The notes beneath the pieces are model-generated. The model did not search any database, was not told the DNA's origin, and saw nothing but the letters and a program-made list of their open reading frames with translations. The translations under genes were made by a program, and so were the position numbers. A stretch of 64,000 nucleotides of DNA from Macrostomum lignano (taxonomy: Eukaryota). Positions 63,116 to 64,000 of this stretch are shown here, piece by piece. The stretch spans positions 62,001 through 126,000 of the forward strand of contig NIVC01000387.1 in NCBI GenBank assembly GCA_002269645.1. The letters are read 5' to 3'. The first letter of the stretch is position 1, and every line of letters begins with the position of its first letter.

Positions 63116-64000
63116 CAGTTGCGAGCGCAGCTGTCTGTTTGCGAGAAAAAATTGTCCCTAAAGCAGCTGTCCGCCCGGATCGATTGAGATTTAAATTCGA
63201 TGGGTTTCCATTGCGTGTTGGCTCGTTATATCTGTTTGATTTAAGATGTTTTTGATGATTGTGATTGAAATTGAAATGCAGTTTTATGCGCTATTCTGTT
63301 GTTCATTCGCTTATCCAATCCACCGCCCCGTTGAAAACGTTACCGTTACGAAAATCGCTGGAGTCATTGCCAACACGCGAAAAATTTGTTCAATAGTCGG
63401 TGTGTTAGCGCTTAGCTTACTACTATCTTGAGTTCACTAATAAGAGTTTTTATAAATGCGAAATGCAATTCTGACTCAAGCAAGCAACGCCTGAGATACG
63501 ATTCTACGGCCCCGGAGTCATTCTAGAAGCGCCCCAGACTCACGCCTCAAATTAGCTCTTAGGCGACTCTTTTACGACTTTTTTGGCGTCCTTGGGGTAC
63601 CGTTTTTCATCGGAACGCTTGTCCGTTTATTTGTTGTGCCCGTCTTCCGCTATAAAGTGTTTCTGCTTGCTGCTTTCCTGTATTGGTGTGTGGGAGTCTC
63701 CGCTGCTTTGCATTGTTATATTCACCTCCCTTGCTATTATGGTCAATCTGGTCAGTGTTAATCCGTTTGCTATTTATCAGCTAATAATACATCATATTAC
63801 ACGCGCCGTCGCATTATATATTATTTTACCTAGCTGAGTATAACTCTGTCCCGCCCTGTCCGACATTCCCCATGCATTGGAATCCGCAGTCAGTGCTTAG
63901 CGACCTGCTTGACTAGTTCACTTTCTTTCAATTAGTTTCTGTTGCGCTTGCTCGCTGAAAAGATAAAAAAATAGTAAAACAGTGACGAATTTCTTTTGCT

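Overview
Eukaryotic (animal) genomic DNA with spliced genes. GC-rich exons, introns packed with locally born minisatellites and AT-rich spacers resemble the flatworm Macrostomum; this is an inference and was not verified. Gene order: (1) 5' two-thirds of a DOCK-D/Zizimin (DOCK9/10/11-like) GEF on the minus strand, 17 exons traced, running off the left edge. It apparently lacks the family PH domain, has one frameshift, and hosts a nested antisense gene encoding a Brinker/Pogo-type HTH protein with a PLNLS motif. (2) Three intronless, strongly divergent alpha-tubulins (+,-,+) that lack Lys40 and the C-terminal Tyr and share near-identical 3' tracts. (3) INPP5E (-). (4) NF-YB (+). (5) ER cyclophilin PPIB-like (-) with five GCCACGT motifs upstream. 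(6) TMEM272-like ORF (-) split by one in-frame TAG. (7) Internally deleted Gypsy LTR element. (8) Radial spoke head RSPH4/6 (-). (9) UBA5 (+). Also present: about 20 tandem repeat arrays, two CORE-SINE-like relics, a 112-bp MITE with an 8-bp TSD, a 1.4-kb foldback element and a DIRS-like relic. Exon structures were assembled by hand from GT/AG sites, phase arithmetic and remembered family motifs; no database searches were run.
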